In this document: positions 32,004-40,842 of the stretch, in pieces
How positions within the stretch are numbered: the first letter of the stretch is position 1
How the letters are laid out: every line of letters begins with the position of its first letter
Origin: Barthelona sp. PAP020
Taxonomy: Eukaryota
Direction: 5' to 3'
Length of the DNA: 43,486 nt
NCBI GenBank assembly: GCA_040182905.1
Contig: JARQWU010000062.1
Location: 1 to 43,486, forward strand
Translations under genes and position numbers: made by a program
The notes under the pieces: model-generated
Seen by the model: the letters and a program-made list of their open reading frames with translations, nothing else
What the model was told of the DNA's origin: nothing
Database searches by the model: none

Positions 32004-34988
32004 TTATAAGTGTGAAACAGGCCCTGTTCTGGCAGATTTCTTATTTACAACTTTTCTAAACTTTGTAGAAGGGATTGCTGTTGGTGAATTTAATGAAATA
32101 TTAGATCCACTACTGACATTAGAATCACTTCGAACAAACCTTGACAATGGAATATTAATGTTCGAGAAAAATGTATCTGCTGGATATACCGTGGGTTTTA
32201 ATACTTTCAAAGTCTTTGAAGCGTCATTAGGATTTGCCAATAATTTTTTTGCATCAATACCCGACATCACAGCATCATCAGTCTGTTTCATTCTTTGATT
32301 CATAAACGCTTGTGATAATAATGTGGCACTACGAATTCTATTGCTCTTAGCACTTTTATTTCGCAAAGAATTTGGATGCTTGGAAACAGAACCTTGAAAA
32401 GAGGAAGAACGTTTTACTTTCTTTGCACTTTTATGCTTTTTAAAAGGACTAAATGAAGAATCAGATCTGGAAGACAAAGATTTCGTGTCTAATGAGGGAT
32501 TTTGCCGAATATCCTTCTCTCTGATAATGTTAGCTCTCTTTATAGAGTCTAACGTTAAATTGAACATGGCCACGTTGGTATTCACCGAATGAGCTTTTTC
32601 ATGAATTTGATCCTTAAGATGTTGATGTAATTTTTGTGGCTTTTCCAGTTTTTCAAGCCCCAGAAAAGAGTCAACACGTTGAAACGAACCAAATAGATCT
32701 TTTGTCGGTGACAACTGAACATGTTTCAATTCATCAATTTTTGGTTTCAAAATCGGGGTAGTACAATCGTTTCCACTTATGTAAGACAATGACAGATCAT
32801 TTTCAATACTGTCAATACTGACATCAGTGTCAAGATCACTATCGAAATCTGCAACAATTTCTAATGGAACATCACCATTCTTACATGTTTTCATTGAACT
32901 ATTAGAAATAACTCCCAAAGTTCTTTTGCTGTTTGAAATCTTTTTAATTTTATCTTTTGATTTCTTGGAAGATCCAATTCTTTTCTTTTTTTTCTTTTTT
33001 TTCTTCTTTTTCTTTTGTGTCTCTTTCACTTCCATTGTATCTGCATCTGAATCAGATTCATCATCTGAAGGATCATCATCAACAACCAAAGCATCCACTG
33101 CTGTTGTGAGGGATAATGACAAGTATTCCGATTCAAGATTTGTTAAGGCTGTGGAGAACTTCTTTTGATTATTTGTGGAGAAATTCTCCTTATTTTTAGA
33201 ATTCTTGGATGATTTCAACTTTGAAGTTTCTTCATCTTTCATGCTTTCATTCAACAATGCCATCTGTTGTTCAAATCGCATACGTTTTAACTCGGAAAAA
33301 CATTTCTTTACCTTCATTTGATCTGAATCACAATAGTCTAACAACGAATCACAAAAGCAATGTCCCATTTCCTCGAGATGATCAGTACTGAATTGTATAT
33401 CTTTGTATAAGCCAAAATTTGCGCCACAAAAACTAGCTTCCATTGTGAAGGAATTGACCATTCCAAACTCCCTTCTGCCAATCACACGACCCGTCGACAA
33501 TTTTGCTTTGTGCACCTTGAATGAACAATCAGAAAAGCTGAATGCATGGGAATTTCCATCTAACAGCATGGGGAATATCTTCTCCTGATCCACCAATTCT
33601 GAGGCCTTATTCTCACATCCATAAATAAAAATATTCTTTCGATTCGAATGACCGTGTAAATCTAAATACATAATAACCTCTCTATCACTCAAAAAAGATC
33701 GTAAGAGAAGCTTCATATTCCATATAACAGGATGGAGTTTTGCTGATGGATTAGCCCACGTACGATTTAAATCATATCCTGCCAAATTACACCGATAATT
33801 CCCCAATACAACCCCATCCGGATTTAGCATCGGGATAATCTTGAACACGAAATTATCACGGAGTATTTTTGCGTCAATAGTATCTCCCGTGATATAATCA
33901 ATAATTCCTTTCATGATCCAGGACGAATTAGTCTCGCCTGGATGCACACGAGCGGATATAACAACTCCTTTACGTTCTCGAAGTTCACTAATGTCACTGG
34001 AATACGATGTTATAGTAAGCATATCAACATTGTTACCAGCAACAGTTTTGCACAATACTTTTCTGCGAAATGTCTTCGAACGTACTGGATCATTCTCCAA
34101 TGTATTGAGGTACATTTGAAGTATCGTGTAGGTATAAGGGAAACAATGTGCAAAGTAAACAGTATCATTATCCGCTAACGCTGTATAAGAGAAAGTCAAC
34201 GTCATGTAATGACCATGTTTTCTCTTTTGTCGATTTGGAAAATAGCAAACATCAGTCCCTGCACGTTGCCAACCAACTTTTTTCTTCGCTAAGTATTCAG
34301 AATAGACAACAGGTTGCATTCCTTTGTTATACAGTGAATCAGCTTTCGTCAAATTGATAATGTTAAACTTGTATGTTCTATCCTTACGTAGATTAGAAAC
34401 AGAGAAATAAAACCATTGTGTATGGCCATTTGTGTTTGTATCGGGGGACAATATCAAATCGTATTCATCCATAGTGACTTGAATAGCTCGTCGTAAATTT
34501 CCAGATTCGAATCTGGACTCAAAAATTAGAGTGGAATCAGCTTGACCAACTGGAATATACCAAGGTTTCAACTCTCCAATTAATGGATTAGGAGGACCTT
34601 CTGGATATTCAATTGAGTCATATACAATTCGGTTAATACAATCTCGATAAGGTCTGGAATCGTCAAGACGTTGCATCTCAATTTTTGATGCAGGTTCAAT
34701 ACAATCACATGTCTTATCAGTTAACCATTGAATGTGTGTTGGTCCAGGAAATATAAAAGCTCTTGGAATACCTAATTGTGGTGTTTTTGATCTTTGTAAT
34801 TTAGGTTTAATTAAAACTGGTAAAGGGGGTGGTAATATAGAATATATAGAAGAATTTGACACTGGTTGTTGAATTTTTGTAAATTTTAAAGATGAATATT
34901 GGTCAATTCGACTAGTTGGACGAGATCTATTTTCAACAACACTGGGTGAACTTCCCAAATTATCATAAGATGCAATATTTGTGTTCAT
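32004..34988 (-). CDS. cytosolic carboxypeptidase (M14D, Nna1/AGBL family; tubulin deglutamylase-like)
   Basis: FESRFESGNL, QWFYF, YFAHCFPYTY, zinc ligands ARVHPGE and DLHGHS, NPDGV..GNYR, catalytic TMEASF; long low-complexity C-terminal tail. Confidence 0.92.
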   Translation of the reverse strand: MNTNIASYDNLGSSPSVVENRSRPTSRIDQYSSLKFTKIQQPVSNSSIYSILPPPLPVLIKPKLQRSKTPQLGIPRAFIFPGPTHIQWLTDKTCDCIEPASKIEMQRLDDSRPYRDCINRIVYDSIEYPEGPPNPLIGELKPWYIPVGQADSTLIFESRFESGNLRRAIQVTMDEYDLILSPDTNTNGHTQWFYFSVSNLRKDRTYKFNIINLTKADSLYNKGMQPVVYSEYLAKKKVGWQRAGTDVCYFPNRQKRKHGHYMTLTFSYTALADNDTVYFAHCFPYTYTILQMYLNTLENDPVRSKTFRRKVLCKTVAGNNVDMLTITSYSSDISELRERKGVVISARVHPGETNSSWIMKGIIDYITGDTIDAKILRDNFVFKIIPMLNPDGVVLGNYRCNLAGYDLNRTWANPSAKLHPVIWNMKLLLRSFLSDREVIMYLDLHGHSNRKNIFIYGCENKASELVDQEKIFPMLLDGNSHAFSFSDCSFKVHKAKLSTGRVIGRREFGMVNSFTMEASFCGANFGLYKDIQFSTDHLEEMGHCFCDSLLDYCDSDQMKVKKCFSELKRMRFEQQMALLNESMKDEETSKLKSSKNSKNKENFSTNNQKKFSTALTNLESEYLSLSLTTAVDALVVDDDPSDDESDSDADTMEVKETQKKKKKKKKKKKRIGSSKKSKDKIKKISNSKRTLGVISNSSMKTCKNGDVPLEIVADFDSDLDTDVSIDSIENDLSLSYISGNDCTTPILKPKIDELKHVQLSPTKDLFGSFQRVDSFLGLEKLEKPQKLHQHLKDQIHEKAHSVNTNVAMFNLTLDSIKRANIIREKDIRQNPSLDTKSLSSRSDSSFSPFKKHKSAKKVKRSSSFQGSVSKHPNSLRNKSAKSNRIRSATLLSQAFMNQRMKQTDDAVMSGIDAKKLLANPNDASKTLKVLKPTVYPADTFFSNINIPLSRFVRSDSNVSSGSNISLNSPTAIPSTKFRKVVNKKSARTGPVSHL

Positions 34989-35096
34989 ATCCGTTAATTA
35001 TTATTCGAAAATTATATTATTTTCATCATCAATACAAACAAGTTAAATGGTAAAAGAAATATCTTTTTTTCATAAATTTAAAAGACTTTTATTTTT

Positions 35097-35343
35097 ATGT
35101 TAACCCATCACGTTGGGGTTTGGTATAGTTAGAAGTTTTCGATGACGAAGATTTTGGGATGTTCGACGCCTAAAAAAAAAGAATGCGACCTAAAGGATTA
35201 AATTCAGTATTCTTGAAGTAAAGAAATGTTCTTGTTGACTTTATCTCCATGTTTGAGGTCTTATCCGGAATTTCTTTGACCTTTGTTGAACTCTCCGAGT
35301 AATGCTTGTATCTTGACTACTGTCCTATATGTGGGTTATACAT
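35097..35343 (+). ncRNA. candidate ~245-nt structured non-coding RNA, family unassigned
   Basis: Seven mutually nested helices found by eye (detailed in findings). G-U pairs favour the + strand; no ORF; GC higher than the flanks. Confidence 0.4.
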
Positions 35344-35408
35344 GTCTTCTTTATGAAAATGTTTGTAAAATCTTTACACTTTATTTTTTTTCTTTTTAAT
35401 TTATTGAA

Positions 35409-35954
35409 ATGAGACAATTCAAATATCATGAGCAAAAATTATTGAAGAAAGTCAATTTCTTTGAGTACAAAAAAGAAAACACAATCAGAGTTAATGAAAT
35501 TGTGGCAAAATATCATTTAGCTGGACCTGAAGAATATGATCATTATAATAGAATTGTTGGCCAAGTGCAAAAATTGACATCTTTTTTAAGAAAATTGCCG
35601 TCCGATGATTCTGTGAGGATTGAAAAGACACGTTTATTATTACAGAAATTATGGGAAATGGGAATAGTTAATAATGAGTCCAATTTGACCCAAACTGAAA
35701 ATTTAAAAGTTTCTCATTTTGCAAAACGAAGATTGCCTGTAATTTTGGTAAAGAACAATTATGCACAGTCCATTGAAAAAGCAACTGAAATGGTTGAACA
35801 AGGACATATTAGAGTTGGTCCTCATACTGTTACTGATCCAGCTTATTTAGTCACGAGGGCAAATGAAGATCATATTCACTGGGTACGTAATTCCAAATAT
35901 AGAGCTGCTGTTATGGAATTCAATAATGAAAGAGATGACTACGATTTGTTGTAA
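35409..35954 (+). CDS. IMP3: U3 snoRNP protein IMP3
   Basis: MRQFKYHEQKLLKKVNF, RRLPVIL, VEQGHIRVGP..VTDPAYLVTR, and C-terminal ERDDYDL. Confidence 0.95.
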   Translation: MRQFKYHEQKLLKKVNFFEYKKENTIRVNEIVAKYHLAGPEEYDHYNRIVGQVQKLTSFLRKLPSDDSVRIEKTRLLLQKLWEMGIVNNESNLTQTENLKVSHFAKRRLPVILVKNNYAQSIEKATEMVEQGHIRVGPHTVTDPAYLVTRANEDHIHWVRNSKYRAAVMEFNNERDDYDLL

Positions 35955-36092
35955 TTTTTGTCTTTTTTTCTTGTTTTAGTCTTTTCGGTTTATAAATATT
36001 AACGTTTGGTTGTTTTTCTCTTTGGTGTTATTCTGTCTTTATTAAATGCTTTGTGTTTTCAAATAAAAAGCAAAGAGAAAAAAAAAAAACGA

Positions 36093-37094
36093 TTAATTTA
36101 TGATGAAATGGTCTTCAACAAATTGGCTCAAAACGGATTTTTCATTTTTTGAACAAAAGGCCGCATCAATTGCATTCAAAGTTATGTTTTTCAAAGCTTG
36201 AATGCTTTGACCAAAGTGTTCATGAGCCAACTGGTATTCAAAAGATAGAGCGTGTCTTTGGTCAAGAGAATGAAAAAGTAACGTATCATCTGTGCATAAA
36301 CTTACTTGGTGTGTATTAAATAATTGATTGGCAATATGATCTTCAGGGGCTTTCACAGATGTGCGCAAATTTGAACTGAGACATAACTCAATAGGAATGT
36401 TAATATCATCAATAACATCATGACTACATACAGCATGACCAAATCTAAATCTATTTGCTTTGTATTTGTTAACAAAACTAGCCAACTGAAATATCTCAGA
36501 ATTGTTTGAAATTTCTGCAAAATGGAAAGCAATTGGAATTTCAGATTGAACTGCCGCAGTAAAAACTGATTCAAAATCATTAAAATGGTTCTTTGAAGGA
36601 TCTCCACTGAAATCAAGTCCAACCAAAATATCTGTTGATACTTTCATTTCATTGTAAACATTAAGAGTTTCCATTGCAATTTCAACCGATCTAGCCCTGT
36701 TAATTGACAAAAGTAACTTAACAACAAATGGTTTATTTTTGTTTGGACGGTTATTCAAATAGCTGTTGATTGTGTTGATGACTAACCGTATATAATTCTG
36801 TTTGAATCCATTAAGTTCATGAGCTGTGGTTCGCAATTCCAAATAAATACAGTTATCGCTATCAAAATCTTCTAAAACTTCAAATATCATTCTTTCAAAT
36901 ATATTCGTATCCGTTTGACCCAAAGTTATGGCGTGAATCACATCAAATAACCAAAAACAACCAGATAAATCAGATAATGTTGTCAAAGCATTAAATTTTT
37001 CTCTATATTCATCAGAAGTAAACTCTTTAATGGTTTCAAATCGAATACAACCATTCAAATGTGCATGTAGCTCAACTTTTGGAATTTCAATCAT
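36093..37094 (-). CDS. ADAL: adenosine deaminase-like protein (ADAL / N6-methyl-AMP deaminase type), 333 aa
   Basis: PKVELHAHLNG, YLELRTT, GLDFSGDP, HFAE, GHA, ELCLSSN, LCTDD. The first ATG is at 37094; the track start is a GTG. Confidence 0.85.
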   Translation of the reverse strand: MIEIPKVELHAHLNGCIRFETIKEFTSDEYREKFNALTTLSDLSGCFWLFDVIHAITLGQTDTNIFERMIFEVLEDFDSDNCIYLELRTTAHELNGFKQNYIRLVINTINSYLNNRPNKNKPFVVKLLLSINRARSVEIAMETLNVYNEMKVSTDILVGLDFSGDPSKNHFNDFESVFTAAVQSEIPIAFHFAEISNNSEIFQLASFVNKYKANRFRFGHAVCSHDVIDDINIPIELCLSSNLRTSVKAPEDHIANQLFNTHQVSLCTDDTLLFHSLDQRHALSFEYQLAHEHFGQSIQALKNITLNAIDAAFCSKNEKSVLSQFVEDHFIIN

Positions 37095-37165
37095 TTTGTA
37101 ACATAAAATATCAACCACAAAAAAAAGTACAAAAAAAACTCACAAATTTATTCAAAATAAATTGT

Positions 37166-39232
37166 TTAATCACGATTACTGGGTTCTTTAACCTTGTAAA
37201 CACGTACAATCCAATGTAAAGAGGTGTAAACTTCTTCGAAATAATTGAGATCGAAATCTTTGTTTCCAATTTCAACACGTCTAACACGATCAAAACCGGT
37301 TGGACTGTTGTAATCAGTCATGACTTCACCAAAACGATAGTAACACAATTTATACATGAGAGAATTCAACATAGTAGGTGAACCGTTTGCACCAATGGAA
37401 AATTCACCCTTTTCTGTATAATAGTCAGTTTCTTTAATGGGGTCATACAAAGAATCCAATAAATCTAAACTACCAATTCTTACCATCCATAAGAATTTGT
37501 TGATATCATCAGAAGCATAACCAGTGAGACCTCCGAAAACAACTAAAACATAGTTGGCATCAAGATCTCTGGCAATCTTATATCCTTGATCTTCATTTGA
37601 AGACATAGCTCTACCAACAGTGGCAATATGAGTGTTGTTCCAGGTGTTATTATCAACAATAGTTGTTCGATTAGCCATGGCAGTAATTTGATAACCATAA
37701 TCCCACCAAGACATAATTCTGGCATCCTCAGCAGTGTTATGAGCAATCCAAGAATAAGCTTCTCTGAAATCATCGAAAATAATGTTGCTTCCATCTTGTC
37801 CTCTAGCTGCTAAAACAATTGAAGGAGATGAATAAGCTTCAGAAGTAGCCCAAAGACAATGAACCATATAGAAACCAGTGAGAATTAATAAAATACCAAT
37901 AAAAACAGCAGAAATCGTCTTCTTTGTGCTGAGACTGAAATCAGTGTTTTTATCTTTCTTACTCTTTTTGGAAGGTTCAGTGTTAAGGACAGTGAAATGC
38001 TTGTCTAACATGAAAGACATACCATATCCACCAATAATAGCCATGATAGGTGCAAGGACCAACATAAGACGGACCATGACTGAAGCAAAGTATACAGAAC
38101 TTAAACCATATAAAATAATGAATATGCGATAATCTTCCAAATTCTTAAACAAATAGAAAAGACCAATGGGGAACAAAAACATGAGGAAATTCAAATCAAA
38201 GAAATATGAAGCCCAAGTGGTAGGTTGATGTTCGGAAACGGATGCAATGATAGGAATGTGATTCTTAGCATAAGTAGGATCTAAAAGAGCATAGAATCTA
38301 CCAGTCCAAGGTGCAATCTTTCCAGTAATGACAATATATGAAAGACCAAGGCCGCCAATGGAAAGAACACCAATAACAACACGACGAATAAGGGTCGAAT
38401 ATTGTTCTGCAGTCAAATTTTCTTTCAAATATTTTCTGAGACCAAAGGCAAGCAAGAAAACAAAAGTACCTAATGACAACATCTGTTCAGATTGTTCAAC
38501 TGGTTGGAAACCAATAAAACGCACTTGCATACTCATCAAAACGCCCAAAATATAAAAAGTTGAATAAGAAACAAATAATCTATGAGTATAGAATCCACAA
38601 ACGATTAAGACAATAACGTGAATGGGAATAAGATTAATAACGAAAATATAAGCACCCCAACAAGCTGCCATGTAGAAGTATGCTAATGAAGCCATTCCAG
38701 ACCAAAATAATGATCCAGTTTTGACTGATTTCATCCACATGTAATATACAAACAACAAAGCAAAAATAGAAACACATTCATTATCAAAAGAACCGGCAAC
38801 TGAACGTGAAATGTAACCTGGTACCACAGAAACAAAAGTTGCTGCAAGTAAACCAGCTTTTTCATCTTTCAATTCTTTTCCAATAAAATAGGTAATGAAA
38901 ACTGTAAAAACTGCAAATAAAGGAGCTAAAAACACACAAACATTACGAATATCAACAAACAAATGCAAGGAATGCAAAGTTTTGTACACAATTCCAGCAG
39001 TCCACATTAAACCAGGATACACAGTAAAACCAACTGTACGTCCTAAAGGATACCAAACCTTATCATCAAACCAATTGTAGAATGATGAAAATCCGTTTTC
39101 AATCAAATGAGTTGTTGCTCTGAAATTAAAATAGGGATCAAATTCATGAATTACAGATTCATAACGTAAAACCGCAAAAAGACGAGCTCCAAACGCAAGG
39201 ATTGACAAAAGGAGCAATGTCAAATATTTCAT
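37166..39232 (-). CDS. STT3: oligosaccharyltransferase catalytic subunit STT3
   Basis: [37 protein letters not shown] and [11 protein letters not shown] motifs; multiple TM helices. Confidence 0.97.
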   Translation of the reverse strand: MKYLTLLLLSILAFGARLFAVLRYESVIHEFDPYFNFRATTHLIENGFSSFYNWFDDKVWYPLGRTVGFTVYPGLMWTAGIVYKTLHSLHLFVDIRNVCVFLAPLFAVFTVFITYFIGKELKDEKAGLLAATFVSVVPGYISRSVAGSFDNECVSIFALLFVYYMWMKSVKTGSLFWSGMASLAYFYMAACWGAYIFVINLIPIHVIVLIVCGFYTHRLFVSYSTFYILGVLMSMQVRFIGFQPVEQSEQMLSLGTFVFLLAFGLRKYLKENLTAEQYSTLIRRVVIGVLSIGGLGLSYIVITGKIAPWTGRFYALLDPTYAKNHIPIIASVSEHQPTTWASYFFDLNFLMFLFPIGLFYLFKNLEDYRIFIILYGLSSVYFASVMVRLMLVLAPIMAIIGGYGMSFMLDKHFTVLNTEPSKKSKKDKNTDFSLSTKKTISAVFIGILLILTGFYMVHCLWATSEAYSSPSIVLAARGQDGSNIIFDDFREAYSWIAHNTAEDARIMSWWDYGYQITAMANRTTIVDNNTWNNTHIATVGRAMSSNEDQGYKIARDLDANYVLVVFGGLTGYASDDINKFLWMVRIGSLDLLDSLYDPIKETDYYTEKGEFSIGANGSPTMLNSLMYKLCYYRFGEVMTDYNSPTGFDRVRRVEIGNKDFDLNYFEEVYTSLHWIVRVYKVKEPSNRD

Positions 39233-39411
39233 TTTTGATAAATAAAATGGTTTTGGAAAAAGGTCAATTTCTTTTTTTGAACGAAGTATGTAAATTTTTT
39301 GATAATTATTGATGACACATGTTCTGTTAATACTGTAACAAATATTTTGAGCAATTGTTAATTCAATTTCAAGATTTCCTATATTTGTTCACATGTGAAA
39401 TTATCGTTAAG

Positions 39412-40731
39412 ATGTTAAAATTTATGTATATATTAGTACTACTATCAATAATATATTGTTTTGAGGTAGAAATAAAGTACAATTCGAGTACAACATATCA
39501 AATTAAAGATAAATGTACGTTAACTTTGCCAAATGACATAGAAAACAATTCTTTTTTGACTATAACAGCCATATATGGAACTGCAGTCATAAACGATGAT
39601 AAAGCAAATGTAATTGGAACAATTGAAGCGAGTAATTTAACTGTTACCGATTTTGACAATATAAATTACATAAATATTACATGTTCAAGTACTTTATATT
39701 GCTTAAATCACATTTCTTTTGGAAAACAAATTAATTCAAAAGTTGAAATCGGTATTGTGACAGTTAATGACTATTCAATCGATATTATACGATCAGCACT
39801 GCCTAATGATAGTTTTACGGAAGATTTCTATGTTTCATTGAACCAGCCTTTAATTCCTTGTGCAGCAGTGCCATATTTAGCTCAAAAGGCTGTTGTCTCG
39901 GTTTCTACTAGTGACAATAAATATTTAACTATTGATAGATTGCAAAGAAATGGTGATTATAATGTGTATATGATTTCTTGCGTCAATTCATGGAATTGTC
40001 AATGTTCTACCATAAGTTTAACGATGCCTGCACTGGTTGGAGATTCCCAAGTATTATTTTTGTGGGCAATTTATGGTGGATGTGTGCTACTGTTGATACA
40101 TCTTATTTTTAGTATATTCAACATCATTCAAAGTTTTAAAATTCACTCGAATGACCAAAGCTTGAAAGAAAAGATTTTTGAAAGGCTCTTAGGATTTCAT
40201 CAATCTGATTCTTACGATCGAGTAATATATGTTGGTAGACCTTTGTACGTTTTAAATTCCTTCTGGTCATTTTTGTTATGTGGAATTATATATTGGATAA
40301 TTTGCTGTATTGTATACATAGCTTCTTGGAAAATTGGAGATGAGCCTTTAATCATTCAAATTTCAGCAGGATTATTAATTGTTACGTGGCTTTGTATACT
40401 CATTTTGTTTGTTCGAATGTTTACAACATTGCAAATTATAACAACCAGACAATTGATTGTTATGAAAAAGATTACATTTTTCAATTCAATTCAAGCATTT
40501 CCCCTGGCATATATTCATCATGTACGCAGTTCTTTGGGTGGATATGACTTCATGACAGTGTTAAATGACGGTCGGAGAAAGAATTTGAATTTCAGAAGAA
40601 TTCTTCGATTTACGAATGTCACCAACAGCAAAGCTCTTGAAGACGGACTTAAATCAGTGAATTACATTGTTGAAGGAAATCATATTTTGTATGGTGGCAC
40701 CTCTGAATTCATCAAAGTCAAGAAGGACTGA
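39412..40731 (+). CDS. hypothetical membrane protein: signal peptide, Cys-containing ectodomain, ~3 TM helices, possible PH-like (bPH_2/YdbS-like) tail; 439 aa
   Basis: The first ATG at 39412 gives MLKFMYILVLLSIIYC (signal-like); three hydrophobic segments; tail IITTRQLIV...FPLAYIHHV...LRFTNVTNSKAL. The tail domain call is tentative. Confidence 0.65.
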   Translation: MLKFMYILVLLSIIYCFEVEIKYNSSTTYQIKDKCTLTLPNDIENNSFLTITAIYGTAVINDDKANVIGTIEASNLTVTDFDNINYINITCSSTLYCLNHISFGKQINSKVEIGIVTVNDYSIDIIRSALPNDSFTEDFYVSLNQPLIPCAAVPYLAQKAVVSVSTSDNKYLTIDRLQRNGDYNVYMISCVNSWNCQCSTISLTMPALVGDSQVLFLWAIYGGCVLLLIHLIFSIFNIIQSFKIHSNDQSLKEKIFERLLGFHQSDSYDRVIYVGRPLYVLNSFWSFLLCGIIYWIICCIVYIASWKIGDEPLIIQISAGLLIVTWLCILILFVRMFTTLQIITTRQLIVMKKITFFNSIQAFPLAYIHHVRSSLGGYDFMTVLNDGRRKNLNFRRILRFTNVTNSKALEDGLKSVNYIVEGNHILYGGTSEFIKVKKD

Positions 40732-40842
40732 ATTATAAATACCCGATTTTTTATTTCTCACAAAAAAAAAAGATTATTCACACTATTTGGTTATTTATAT
40801 CATTCTCAAACAATAAATAAATTAACTGATATTACAATGATC

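Noticed and set aside
32982..33014. Poly-lysine tract in the carboxypeptidase tail as a possible frameshift or stall signal
   Set aside because: Mixed AAA/AAG codons and the frame continues intact; an ordinary low-complexity basic tract.
35112..35123. GTTGGGGTTTGG as a telomere repeat or, on the minus strand, a telomerase template
   Set aside because: Under two repeat units, the telomere sequence of the organism is unknown, and the G-U pairing pattern favours the opposite strand.
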